DNA of 64,000 nucleotides from assembly GCA_965240325.2 (NCBI GenBank), contig OZ251252.1:310001-374000 (forward strand), in the 5' to 3' direction. The stretch is from Rebecca billardiae RCC1528. Its lineage: Eukaryota > Protista > Haptophyta. Below are positions 1 to 11,901 of the stretch, in pieces. The notes beneath the pieces were generated by a model. That model saw only the letters and a list, made by a program, of their open reading frames with translations. It was not told the DNA's origin and searched no databases. A program made the position numbers and the translations under genes. Every line of letters begins with the position of its first letter. Position 1 is the stretch's first letter.

Positions 1-1893
1 CCGCCGCTGCCTCCCCGCCGCCCGCCACGCTCACCCTGCGCAAGGTCGCCCCCTGCCTCCTGCCCGAGTTCGACTCAATCGTCGCGCTCCGCGTGCGCGC
101 GCCACGGGTGTGGCCTCTGACTCTGAACGTGAGCCGGAACGGCGCGCACGCGCTCGCGGTGCGGCGGCGGGTGCTGTACATCAAGCGCAAGGGGTGCGCG
201 CGCGCGCACACACACGCCGCGCCGCCGCGCCGCGTGGCGCGCGCCCCCCCCGCCGCTCGCGCGCGCGCACACACCCGCTCACGCACGCCGCGCCGCACGC
301 CGCGCCGCGCCGCCGCCGCGCGCTGCCGCCGCGCGCCGCCGCCGCGCGCTGCCGCCGCGCGCTGCCCGGTGCTGCGGTGGGCGGCTTCGCAGTGGGCACC
401 TGCCGTACGCGGACGACCAGCGCGCGTTGCGCTCGCTGCTCTGCCAGCCCTTCGCCTCGCTCGCGCCCAAGCTCGGCCAGCTCCGCGCGCTGATGGTCCG
501 CGGGGGCATGGCGCCAGGCGGCGTCGCTTTCAGAGCGACGCCGCTGCCTGTCAGCGGCGGCGGCGGCGGCGGCGGCGGCGCCGCCGCCGCCGACGCGGGG
601 TCGTCGCGCGAGCAGTTCCTGAAGGACTTTGGATCCGGTGCGCCCGCGCGCCGCGCGCCGCGCCGCGCCGCGGTCTAGCGCGCGGGCCCGCCCGGCGCCT
701 GCGCATGGCGCCGCCGGGGGCGCGGCCGCGCGGCCGCGCCGCCGGACGACACGCGGCGCGGCGCGGCGCGGCGGCGCGCTGACGTGTGTGTGCGTGCGTG
801 CGCGGCCGCGCGCGCTCGCGCGCGCCTCGCCGCGCCGCGCACGGCGTGCACGCGCAGACGCGGCGCTGGTGGCGTTCGCGCGCCTCTTCTGCTCGGCGGA
901 CGACGAGCGCTCCTCGTTCTGCGGCGCCGCGCTCTTCGAAGGGCTGAGGGCAGGCGCGCCCGAGCTCGCCTACCGGTGTGTGCCCGTGTGTGTGTGCATG
1001 TGTGCGTGCGTTGCGTTGTGTGCGTGTGTGTGGCCGTCGGCATGCGTGTGTGTGCGCGCGTGCGGCGTCTTCCCCCGCGCCCAGGCAGGCAGGCAGCCAG
1101 CCAGCGCGCGCTGCGCCCGCCTCCACGCCCGCCCACGCGCGCGTGCCCCGACCTACCCTCAACCCCAACCCCAACCCCAACCCCAACCCTAACCCTAACC
1201 CTAACCCTAACCCTAACCCTAACCCTAACCCTAACGCAGCTACCTCGAGCTGTGGTGCGCGTGTGCGGCGCTGCAGCGCGGGCAGCTGGGCGGCGTGGCC
1301 GTGCGGCAGCTGCGGCTGGCGCTGCGCTACCCGGACTCGGCGGCGCCGGCGCGGCTACAGGACTGCGGCGCGGGCGGCGCGGGGGGCGGCGCCGCCGGCG
1401 CGGCGGTGCCGCTGCTGCAGCGCGGCTTTGTCTCGAGCGTCTGCACCGCCATCGAAGTGCGCGCACGCGCGCGCCGCGCGACGCGCGACGCGCGCCGCGC
1501 GCGCCGCACGCCCCGGCCGCGCGCGCGCGCGCGCGCGCCCGCCGGCGGCGCGCCCACCTCAACGCCGGCGCGTCCGCCGCCGCTGCGCGCGCGCAGGTGG
1601 CGCTGGCGGCGCGCGGCGCGGAGCTCGACGCCGCCATGGCCGCCTACCTGCGCGGCTGGGCGATGCCCCCGGACCCGGAGCTCGCCGGACTTTTCGGCGC
1701 CATGCTGGCTTACCACGACGTGCCGGCGCGCGCGGAGCTCGAGGCGCTGGCGAGCGCGGCGGCGGCGGCGGGGGGCGGCGGCGCGAGCTTCCCGCGGTGG
1801 CTGCTCGCCGCGCGCGCCGCGCTGCCGGCCACGCCCACCGCCACGCTCATCCGGCTGGCCACGGCCTTCAAGGCGGCGGCCCAGCTCGCGTAG
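1..1893 (+). CDS. ANAPC1: Anaphase-promoting complex subunit 1, 3' part (exons <1-193, 393-637, 858-975, 1240-1456, 1597-1893)
   Basis: The spliced product reads APCLLPEFDSI..RVWPL..VLYIKRKGGHLPYADDQRALRSLL..FGSDAALVAFARLFC..AYLRG..LFGAMLAYHDVP. This is colinear with the APC1 C-terminus (PCLLPE..VLYVK..GQLSY.EDP..SLL..SDPALLSFA.YFC..L.YH.VP). GT-AG introns with compatible phases. Confidence 0.85.
1157..1234 (+). repeat. Interstitial telomere-type repeat (CCCCAA)4(CCCTAA)8 inside APC1 intron 976-1239
   Basis: Read directly; the array ends just before the GCAG acceptor. Confidence 0.95.
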
Positions 1894-2927
1894 GCGGCGG
1901 CGGCCGGGCGGACCGGAGGGCGCGGGGCCATGCGGCGCCGTGAGCCCCGGGCCGGGCCGCGGCCGCCGAAGTGGCGGCTTGGACCGGACTCCGTCGTGCG
2001 TGATTCTGGTGATCGAAGGCCATCCGTCGTCGTCGCCACCGCTTCGATATCTGCTGCTGCCGAACTAAACGTCCCGCGCGGCGGGGCCCGGGGCCGGGTC
2101 GTGCGCGCCGACAGCCGCGTCGCCGCGTCGGGCGGCGGGCGGCCGGGCGCCGTGTAAGCCCAGAGTATAGGCAGCGCGGAACTCGATCGTCGCGCGTATG
2201 CGCGTCGTATGTATCGCGCGCGGTAGTACGCGTCGTAGTATATATACTGCTCGTAGCTTCAGCAAGCGACTGACGAGTGACGAGCCGCGGAGTCAACGCC
2301 AAGGTCCGACCGTGTCCGTGTCCATGACCGAGACAGTCCGAGTTAGAGTAGTCGCGGTCGGCCGCCCGCGCGGGCTCCCGGGGCCAGTGCCCAGTCGGGC
2401 GGCTGACGGTGCCGCGACGCGCGCCAGTGAAGAGTGCTCGGCGGCGCCCGGCCGCGGTCCGCGCGCCGTCGCGCCGGGACCGGTGACGGTGAAGGCCACC
2501 CGGGTAGCTAGAGCAGCCCGCCGCGGGACACGCGGCGGTGGCCGGCGGCCCGTCGGACTCGCGTGAGTTCCCGGCCCGGGGCAGGCCGCCCGGCGGGGCC
2601 GGCCCCGGGCCCGGCTCCGGCCGCGCGGAGCAGGCCCGCGGGCGCAGCCCGTGGCGCCGGGCCGAACCGTCAACTGCCGCGGCGGCCCACTGCGCCACCG
2701 TGCTGCAGCGTGTACGGAGTATACGGTCAACGCCTCGGTGAGACAGAGTAACTGACGTTAGTCGTCCGGCGGGATCGGACGACGATGACGACGTGAGTCG
2801 TCGTCATTAGTAGCTGCTAGTCGTTCATTATATTCGTCGTTATTTCACTGCCACCAGCCACGCCGGACTCGTCGCCGCCAGTCCGCGGTACGGTCGGTCC
2901 GAGCGACAGGCATGAGGCATCAGCGGC

Positions 2928-5153
2928 TCAGCGCAGCCGTTGGCTTGCCCGCCATGCGCGCGCAACCACCGCGTCGAACGCAGAGACCGCATCGCAGATG
3001 ACGACGCCACCATCATCATGGCTGCCACCATGCCGTACTGCTGGCCCGCCCGCGCTGAGACAGTCGTCCCGCCGGTAGACGAAGAAGGGAAGCACGCGCT
3101 GCAGCTCCGCGCGCATCTGCGCGAGCCGCGGCGCGTCGAGGCTGAGCCGGTACAGCGCGTCCAGCCACGGCGGGCCCCCCTGCTCTGACTCGCCAGGGCC
3201 TGCGCTGGCCCCTCTGGCGCGTGCCAGGCGGCCCCTCCGACTCTCCAGAGCCTCGGACTCTCCCGCCGGGCCTCCGCCAGCACGCGCCGCCGCCGCCCGC
3301 TCGGCCGCTGTCTCAATCTGCCGCGCGGGCACGAACGTGGCGAAGCGATCGTACCGCAGGACCAGGGTGCCGCCTGCGCTGAGCGTGACGGTGGCGGCGG
3401 GGTCTCCCACCGGGTGGTGCTGCGTGGGGTCGGCGCTGCTGCCGGCGGCGCCGGCGGCGGTGGCGGTGGTGGCGGCGGGCGGCGCGCGGTCGGCGTCGTC
3501 CGCTGCCAGCGGGCGCGGCGCCCGCCACGCCCACCACGCGGGCTCGCCCTCGACAAAGGCGCGGTGGCCATCCTCGACGAACGCGACCACGCAGCCGGAC
3601 AGCATGGCGGCGTACGCGTGCGAGCGGCCCTTCTCGTCGCCGGGCGGCTCGATCACCACCTCCGCGTGGACCAGCGCTCGGTACGGGTTGGCGGTGCAGT
3701 TGCCGCTGCACTCGCGCGCGCGCCCCGGCTTGCACAGCGCGCGCATGCTCCGCCTGGCGCAGCCGCCGCGCGCCGCGTGCGCCGCCATCGCGCGGTGCAC
3801 GCGCGGCCGCACCGTCTGCATGCCGCGGAAGCGGTCCTTGCCGCGCCGCACCGAGTCGGCGTCGTACAGCACGCCAATCCCCCGGCGCTGCTGCGGCCGC
3901 GCGGCGGCGGCACTCGTCCAGTCCACCGCGCTGACCATACCAACAGTGCGCGGGAGTGTCACGAGGAGCGGCCCACCGCCGAACGTCCTGAGGCTCGAGC
4001 CGCGGGCGTCCGCCTGCGCGAGCAGCCGCTCCCGCCGGCGCAGCTCCTCCTCGGCGCCGTCCCGCCATCGGCACGCGCTCAGCAGGCTGCGCCCGCACGG
4101 ACTCGAGCCGCGCGCGCCCGCCCGGCGCGCGAGCAGCTGCCTGCTGCTGCTGCTGCGCCGCAGCCTCCGCACGTCCCGGGCGGCGCCGTCGCGCCACCCG
4201 CCGCACATGCGCAGGCTGCGCGCGCACAGCTGCTCGATGTGCGCGGTCGGGCGCGAGCTCATCTGCACGCCGAGCACGAGCCGGTCCAAGAACCCGGGCG
4301 GCTTCCTCCCCAGCGCCTCGACGCTCCAACCCATGTCGTCGGGGTCGAGCGAGCGGGGCTCAATCACAACGACCACGCGCGCGCGCGGCCGCTCGGCGCG
4401 GCGGCGCGGGTGGTGCGGCGCCGCGCCCTTGGGCTGCTGCAGGAAGAGGGCGCCCACGGCCTTCCAGTACGCGTGCACCACGGCGCGCGTCAGGCACAGC
4501 TTCCTCGGCCCGTCCACGGTCTCGTCGTTGTTCAGCATGAACCAGTGCAGACGCAGCGACGGGACATAGACCACCTCTGCGGCCTCGCACCAGCGCGCAG
4601 CGTCGGACGAGCGCGCGCGCGCCTTGAGCTCGTCGGTGCTGCGCGCGCCGTCGCCGCAGATGGTCGTGCCCGCGCGGCGCAGCACCCTCGACAGCACGTA
4701 CCGCTCGTGCGCCACCTGGTCGTAATAGGCCCCGAAAAGTCCGGGCCGGTCCGGGCCGCTGTGGTGCACGCACAGGTCCGCGGGCACAGAACCGGACACG
4801 GCGCCTTCGCCGAGCAGCCCGTCGCGGGCGCACGCGACGAGGGACGCGTTGAAGAGGTAGTCGGGGGAGAGGATGGTCGCGTTGAGCACGCGCATCGACG
4901 GCAGCAGCGTGGGTGGCCCCGCGTCATCCCCCGCGTCGCCGGCGAGCGCGGCCATACGCTCCAGCCACGGAGCCTTGGAGCGGTTGGCGACGCAGTGGGC
5001 GCCGCGGTCGCGCGCGAAGATGTTGCGGAAGAGCTCGCTCACCGCAACGCGCGGGCGTGCAAGCGCGGGCGGCGTGTCCGTGCTGCTGATGCACGCGATG
5101 CCGCGGACGAGGGCAGCGAACACGACGACCAGCTTGCAGCGTGCCGCCATCAT
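2928..5153 (-). CDS. Exostosin/GT47-family glycosyltransferase with N-terminal signal or anchor
   Basis: Intronless ORF with a hydrophobic N-terminus. GT47-like motifs: YYDQVAHERYVLSR, AEVVYVP, AEVVIEPPGD..RSH.YAAMLSGCVVAFV and LAQMRAELQRVLPFFVY. Confidence 0.7.
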   Translation of the reverse strand: MMAARCKLVVVFAALVRGIACISSTDTPPALARPRVAVSELFRNIFARDRGAHCVANRSKAPWLERMAALAGDAGDDAGPPTLLPSMRVLNATILSPDYLFNASLVACARDGLLGEGAVSGSVPADLCVHHSGPDRPGLFGAYYDQVAHERYVLSRVLRRAGTTICGDGARSTDELKARARSSDAARWCEAAEVVYVPSLRLHWFMLNNDETVDGPRKLCLTRAVVHAYWKAVGALFLQQPKGAAPHHPRRRAERPRARVVVVIEPRSLDPDDMGWSVEALGRKPPGFLDRLVLGVQMSSRPTAHIEQLCARSLRMCGGWRDGAARDVRRLRRSSSSRQLLARRAGARGSSPCGRSLLSACRWRDGAEEELRRRERLLAQADARGSSLRTFGGGPLLVTLPRTVGMVSAVDWTSAAAARPQQRRGIGVLYDADSVRRGKDRFRGMQTVRPRVHRAMAAHAARGGCARRSMRALCKPGRARECSGNCTANPYRALVHAEVVIEPPGDEKGRSHAYAAMLSGCVVAFVEDGHRAFVEGEPAWWAWRAPRPLAADDADRAPPAATTATAAGAAGSSADPTQHHPVGDPAATVTLSAGGTLVLRYDRFATFVPARQIETAAERAAAARAGGGPAGESEALESRRGRLARARGASAGPGESEQGGPPWLDALYRLSLDAPRLAQMRAELQRVLPFFVYRRDDCLSAGGPAVRHGGSHDDGGVVICDAVSAFDAVVARAWRASQRLR

Positions 5154-5720
5154 CACAATTGCCTCGGCGGCTCGGCCCCGAGATTTTGCGTCTAGCCGTA
5201 TCTGGACGAAGCAGTACGAGACCGGCCTGTTCAGACTTCAGCAGTCTTCAGGGTTCAGACTCATTCTATGATTTAACTTGAAGCTACTTACAGTTTATTT
5301 GTTTTAACGTGCGTAAGGCTCACGGTGGCAGGTTGCCGCGCCGTCCTTAGGTGAATGAGCCCGACGAGTGGCGATCGTACGTATGATACGACGGCGGATA
5401 TGGCGGATATGTAGCGTGCGCATCGGAGCCGGCGCCGCCCGGCGCCCGGGTGCCCGGCCCGGTGCGCCCGCGGGGCGCCCTCGCGGGCGGCGGGCCGGCG
5501 CCAGCAGCGCCGCGGCCCGAGGCAGCGTCGAGCGGTGCCACCAACGACCAACCGGCGAGCAGCAGCGCACTATCACATTCGGCGCATCATCTAGACCCCA
5601 GGCCCAGGCTGCAGCCCCGGACTGGGCTGACGCCGCTGGCGGGTCTTAAATCTGTCCGTCTGTAAGTCTGACCGGGGCTGGCGGCGTTATAACCAGCTCG
5701 CGACTGTGCTCAGAGAGCGC

Positions 5721-6254
5721 TCAGAGCATCTCGACGTTGTCGTTGGTCGCGCGGTCGGCGAGCGGGTGCTTCTCGCTGAAGGAGCAGTCGAGCTGCACCA
5801 CGCCGTACTCGACGAGGTCGACGTGCATCGCCTGCTGGGCGATCGCGCAGCAGCAGCAGCACGCGCCGAGCGCGGCGCTCGCCAGCGCGTGCTCCTCGAT
5901 CGAATATTTTTGTGCGAGGCGGCGGCGGACGACGACGACGAGGACGAGGAGGGCGACGAGCTCGGCGTACACGAGCGGCCACCACGCGCCCGGCGTGACG
6001 ATCAGCGCCGCGGTGAGCAGTCCGGACGCCAGCAGCACGCGGTCGAAGCGCGCGACGCCCGCGCGGCCCGCCGCGCGCGCGAGCGGCACGCACGGCGCGC
6101 AGGCGGAGCAGAGCGGCATCATGCAGTAGGGCGAGGCGAAGCAGCTGCACAGGTGCGCCGCCCAGCGCCCGCGCGCCGGCGTGATCGGCATGCCCGTGTA
6201 CGCCCCCCAGCTCCCGCGCGCGTCCGCCCACCAGCCGCGCAAGGCGGCCGCCAT
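5721..6254 (-). CDS. PLAC8/CNR-family cysteine-rich membrane protein
   Basis: CSCF..C.PC N-terminal motif, two hydrophobic segments, then RRRLAQKYSI..GACCCCCAIAQQAMHV. Confidence 0.85.
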   Translation of the reverse strand: MAAALRGWWADARGSWGAYTGMPITPARGRWAAHLCSCFASPYCMMPLCSACAPCVPLARAAGRAGVARFDRVLLASGLLTAALIVTPGAWWPLVYAELVALLVLVVVVRRRLAQKYSIEEHALASAALGACCCCCAIAQQAMHVDLVEYGVVQLDCSFSEKHPLADRATNDNVEML

Positions 6255-6380
6255 GGCGGCACGGACCTTGACGACTGCGCCCTATTTTCCGTCGGACGGG
6301 CGCGTGCGCAGCACCGGACTGCCGAGGGCACTGGCGAATATGGGCAAAAAGAAATGTCCGCGACATCGCGGCGGCCGAGC

Positions 6381-7508
6381 CAAGGGCGGTAAGGGCTGTC
6401 CACTCCCAGTGGCGGCGGTGACAGAGGTTGGTTCCCGCTTCGCTGCTGCGCGGCCTCGCTCCAGCGACTAACTCTCGTGGGCGCCCGCCCCGGGGGGCGA
6501 GTGGGGCGCGCACGGCGCGAGCTCCTGCGGCCGTGTACGCGCGCGCGGAGGCGGCGCGCGCGGCTGGGCAGGTGCTAGGGAGTGTATGTCGCCCTCCCAC
6601 GCCGCGCGCCTTGCTCGCCGCCGCTGTCGCCGCGCCTCAGGCCAGCGCGCACGCGTGCGCCGCCTCCAGAGCCAGCCTCGGGCCCGCGGCAGCTGGCCGC
6701 GCGCGTGTGGTGCGCGGTCTGGTCGGCGCGAGTCGGTCGGGGCCATCGGGCGAGGTTCGCATACTATAGACGCGCGCTCTGCCGCCGCGCGCCGCCGCGC
6801 ACGGTTGTCATGGGTCGACACGCAAGCATCTTAGGTCTGACACGAACTGCAGCACGAATGCGAAAATGCTCATGTTTGGACGCTCATGGAGACGCTGAAG
6901 AGCACAACAGACGAGCGCAGGCGATGGAGAGCGGGGCAATGCACTCATTGGACGCCGTACACGCACCCAATGCGGCCGCCTATCACGCGCATGGGCGCTC
7001 ACTGTCGCGTGTTCGAGCTCATTTCTGCTTGTCGTGCATTCATCGATCAGCTTCCTTCAACAGCTTCACGGGATGGTACCGGGCCCATGCGCGGCGGCGC
7101 GCGGCGGCAGAGCGCGCGTCTATAGTATGCGAACCTCGCCCGATGGCCCCGACCGACTCGCGCCGACCAGACCGCGCACCACACGCGCGCGGCCAGCTGC
7201 CGCGGGCCCGAGGCTGGCTCTGGAGGCGGCGCACGCGTGCGCGCTGGCCTGAGGCGCGGCGACAGCGGCGGCGAGCAAGGCGCGCGGCGTGGGAGGGCGA
7301 CATACACTCCCTAGCACCTGCCCAGCCGCGCGCGCCGCCTCCGCGCGCGCGTACACGGCCGCAGGAGCTCGCGCCGTGCGCGCCCCACTCGCCCCCCGGG
7401 GCGGGCGCCCACGAGAGTTAGTCGCTGGAGCGAGGCCGCGCAGCAGCGAAGCGGGAACCAACCTCTGTCACCGCCGCCACTGGGAGTTGACAGCCCTTAC
7501 CGCCCTTG
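6381..7508. mobile_element. Non-autonomous DNA transposon with 421-bp near-perfect TIRs (6381-6801 and 7088-7508)
   Basis: Ends are CAAGGGCGGTAAGGGCTGTC...GACAGCCCTTACCGCCCTTG. I saw one mismatch between the arms. Flanking direct repeat GCCGAGC at 6374-6380 and 7509-7515. Confidence 0.9.
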
Positions 7509-7601
7509 GCCGAGCCGAGCCGCACGCTCGCCACCACCCCGCTGCGGGATCCCGCGGCCGCCGCTCAACGCGCCAGCGCCTTGGACCGCCGCGCCGCCGC
7601 G

Positions 7602-10600
7602 ATGGAGGCCGAGCCCTCGCCCTCGGCGGCGGCGCCGCTCGCGACCGTGCTCGTCGAGTTCGTGCTGCCCAAGCCCATGCCCGCCCCCCTCGACGCCGCC
7701 GTCCACGCCCCGACCGGCACCGCGGGCGCGCGGTTTGTGGCAGAGCACACACGCGCGCGCGCCGCGCTCGGCGACGCGCTCGCTGGGCCGGCGCCCGCGC
7801 CGCAGCTCGAGGCGCTCGAGGCGTACATCCCGCTCGCGGCGCTCCTCGTCTCGCTTGACGACGCCCCCGGCGCGCTCGTCGACGGCGCGCGCCTGCCGAT
7901 CTTCCAGTGGACCTCAGCGCTCGGTGTGACGCGTGCGCGCGCGCGCCGCCGCCGCCGCCGCCGCCGCCGGCGGCGGCGCGCGGCGCATCCCGAGCGCGCG
8001 CGGTGTGTGCGCTCCTGTGCGGCGTGTGCGCTGCGCCGCGGCGGCGGGAGCCCCCGGATGCGCGCCCTCGCGCACACCCCCGCAGCTGCTCCGGCGCGCT
8101 CACAGCCGCCCGCCGCTGCGCCGGGCCGTGCGCGTGTGCGCGTGCGCGCGCCCCCGCTGCGACGCTCGCTCGCTCGTTGGGGTGTGGGCGCAGGCACGTC
8201 CGGCGCCGTGCTGGAGGGGGGCGCGCACTTCGAGCTGGCGATGTGCCTCGTCGCGCGCGCGCTCGCGCAGCTCAACGCTGCCGCCACGCGCGCCTCCGCC
8301 GCCCTCACCGCCGCGGAGCGCCTGGCCGCCGCCGACGCGTGCGCGCGCGCTCTCCGCGACGCCGCGGGCTGCCTTGAGTGCGCGCGCGGCGTGGCGGAGG
8401 CGGCGGCGGCGGCGGGTGGGAAGGCCATGCCGCAGGGTGTGGCGGAGGTCCACCCGCCCACGCTCGTCGCGCTCTCGCAGCTCTGTGTCGCGCTGGCCGG
8501 TGCGCGCGCCGCGCGGCGCGGCGCGCCCGCGCGCCCGCGGCCCCCGAGCCGCGCCAATGGTTTTATTGCGCGGCTGCGAGGTTTGTTTTTTGGGAAATCA
8601 AACGCTCCGGGGCGGCAGCATTCGTGTGCGCGCCTGCTTCTCACGCGGGCTCTGCTCGCGCGCGCAGCAGCCAGCGCGCTACCGTGGGCCTGCACACGCA
8701 CGCACGCGCGCGCGCGCCACGGCCGCCCGCCCTGTCGCCCGCCCTCACCGCCGCGTGCCCTGCTGCGTCGCGCGCGCCGCCCCCTCCGGCACACCGCGGC
8801 CGCGCCGACGACTGCACGGCGCTTCGGCGGGGGCGCGCGTGTGCGCAGGCGAGTGCGCCGTGTCCAAGGCGGAGCGGGTGCACACCTCCGCCGCAGCGGT
8901 CGCGATGATCCGCCAGGTGCGGCGCCGCGCCGCGCTCGAGATTGCAATCTCCCGCGCTCGAGATTGCAATCTCCCGCGCTCGAGAGTGCAATCTCCCGCG
9001 CGCGCGCGGCGGGGAGATTGCAACCCCCCTCCGCGCGCGAGGGCGACGGCGTGGGCCGCAGCGGCGCGCGCGGCGGTGCCCCCAGACCCTCCGGCGGAGA
9101 TTGCAATCTCCCCCGTGGCTCAGCCCCGCGCCCCCCTCCCCTACGCCGCCCCCGCCGCCCGCCGCGCGCGCCCTGCCCTGCCCTGGCCCTCAGGATGTGC
9201 GCGCGCGCGCCGCGGCCGCCGCGGCCGCGCTCGCCGCCGCGCCGGCGCTGCGCTCGCCTCTCGCCTGCTACGCCGAGCTGGTGGCGGCGCACGCGGCGCT
9301 CGCGCAACTCTCGGCGCTGGCGGAGGCGGCGCACGCGAAGGCGGAGCATGCGCACGCCCTAGGCTTCAGCATGGCTGCCGTGCGCGCCTCAGAGGTGCGT
9401 CTGCCGCCCGCCGCCCAACGCCCAACGCCCAACGCCCAACGGCCAACGCCTGGCCGCCCGCCGCCGCGCCGCGCGCCAACCGAGTGCCGCGCGTGTGCCT
9501 GACTCACGCCGCCACCGCCGCCGCCACCGCCGCCGCCACCGCCGCCGCGCACAGGGCCTGCCGTCGGTGGAAGCAGCGCTCGCGGCGCGCAGCACGGCAC
9601 CGTGCCTCCCGCCGCGCGGCGTGCGCCGCGCGCTCGCCCTCCGCGCCGCGCTCGACGCGAGCGCCGCCGCCGCGCGCGCGCGCGACGTGGCGTGGCGCGC
9701 CGAGAACGACCGGCTCTACTTCGAGGTGAGTACTAGTGACCTGCGGGCGCGATGCGCGCGCGCGGCCGGCGGTTACGCCGGCGGTTACGCGGGGCCGGCG
9801 GGGACGTTGGCGGCTTCTCCTCGCCGGGAGCGGGCGCACCGCGGGGCGCCTGCATGCGTGGCGCATGCGTGGCGCCGCCGCCGCCGCCGCGCACTGCACC
9901 ATACACACACGCACACACACCCGCGCGCGCGCGCGCGACACCGCGACAACAGGTGCCCACCGGCGTGGCGGCGCTGCGCTTCCCGCCGCCCAAGTGCATC
10001 ACGCCGCCCGAGCGGCCGCACCGCGCCGCGGACGCGCGCGAGCTGCACGAGCATGCGCCGCAGTGCGGCTATGCGGTTGACGAGATCAAGCTGCGGCCGG
10101 CGCGGCCCACAGAGACGGCAGCGGCGGGCGCGGCGGCGGGCGACGCGGCGGGTGGCGCAGCCGAGGCGGCGGGGCCGGCGGGCGGCGCGGGCGCGGCGGG
10201 CGCCGCCACGGCGGGGGGCGCGGCCCCGCCGGCCGCACCGCACGCCGCCGCCGCCGCCGCCGCCACTCCCGGCGGCGGCGGCGGCGCGGCCGTGGGCGGC
10301 GGCGCGGCGCCCGCGCCCACCGCAGCCGTCGAGCGATTCAGGGGGTTCAACTGGGAGGCGATGGCGGCGGGCCGCGCGTGGGCGCCCGTGCACGTGGGCT
10401 GGCTGAGCAAGCAGGGCGCGACGCGCGGCCTCCTCGCCGCATGGTCGTGGCAGGAGCGCCTGTTCGCGCTCTGCTCCGACGGGCGCCTCCGCTACTATCG
10501 CGTGCTCTCGCCCTCCGATCGCGTGCCGGAGGAGCGCGGCGCCGTCAACCTGCGCGCGGTCGCGGCGGTCGAGGCGAAGGGCAAGCGGCTCACGCTGCGC

Positions 10601-11831
10601 CCGATCGCGCCGGACGGCGGCGGCGGTGCCGAGGGCGCGGGTCGGCTGTACGTGCTCGAGGCGCAGCGGGACGTGGGCCTGTGGGAGGCCAAGCTCAGGG
10701 AGGTGCGGAGCTGCCGCGCCCCGCGCCCAGAGTGTACATTTGTACATTTGTACATTTGTACATTTGTACATTTGTACATTTGTACATTTGTACATTTGTA
10801 CATTGGTATCTGCTGCCGCATTGTACGCTGTGCTGCTGCGTTGTTTGTTGCTGCAAGTGTACTCTGTGTTGCATTGTCCGCAGTGCTGCATGGCGTTGGT
10901 GTATTGCGTGCACTGCCGTGCGCATCAGCGGCGCAGTGCTCGCTGGCGCAGTGCGCTGCCTTCCCCTCGCCCCCTGCCGCCAGCTGCTCCAGCCATGTGC
11001 TGTGGCTGGGTGGGTGCGGGGCCAGTCTCGGGCCCCGCTGCTGCGCTGCACTGTCTCTGCTGGCAGCACACTCTGCTGCCGCCGCATTGTATCGGCAGAG
11101 TGCGCCGCATTGTATCGACAGCACACTCTGCAGAGACACTGCGGCGGCGCACCCTGCTGCCGATACATCAAGTGGATCGGCAACGGAGTGCGCCGCCGCT
11201 GCTGCTGCCTGCCGGTTCGGGGGGGGGCGCCCCCCCAGCGCACCGCACACGCACACGCACAGGGGCCGGCTGCGAACGAGCGCGCGTGCGCGGCGCGCGC
11301 GCACTCATCCGGCCCCGGTGCCGTGCGTGCGCGCGCGGCGGCAACCCCAACGCTACCTCCAACCGCCCCAACCCCAAACCCCCAACCCTCACGGCTGCTG
11401 CGCAGATGCACGCGCACGTGCACGCACTCGCGGCGGGCGGCGCGGCGGCGGCGGCTGGCGGCGCGGCGGGCGGCGCGGCCTCGGGCGCGGCGGCGACAGC
11501 ACAGCTCGCGCCGCCCGCGCCGCTGCCCGCCGCCGCGTCGGCCGACGCCGCGACCGACAGCGACGACTACGACGACGACGACACGGCCGTCGGCGACGGC
11601 GCGGCGGGCGGCGGCGCTCCGAGCGCCGTCGCCGCCGCCGCCGGCGACGGCGGCGGCGGCGCCGGGCCCGCGGCCGCCGCGGACAGCGGCGGCGGCGGCG
11701 GCGGCGCCGCCGTCACACCGTGGGAATGTGAGGCATGCACGTTCGTGAACCGCAAGCGCTCCAACGTGTGCGCGCTGTGCCGGAACGCGCAGCGCAACTA
11801 CCCGGACCTGCCGATGGGGCCGCTGGGCGGC

Positions 11832-11901
<70 letters not shown>

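Noticed and set aside
1157-1234. True chromosome end or misjoin at the telomere repeat
   Set aside because: The APC1 reading frame continues in phase on both sides, so the repeat is intronic.
10703-11731. Read-through ORF with CTFVHLYI repeats after the PH domain
   Set aside because: It is the translation of an intronic minisatellite; a good donor (10703) and acceptor (11405) flank it.
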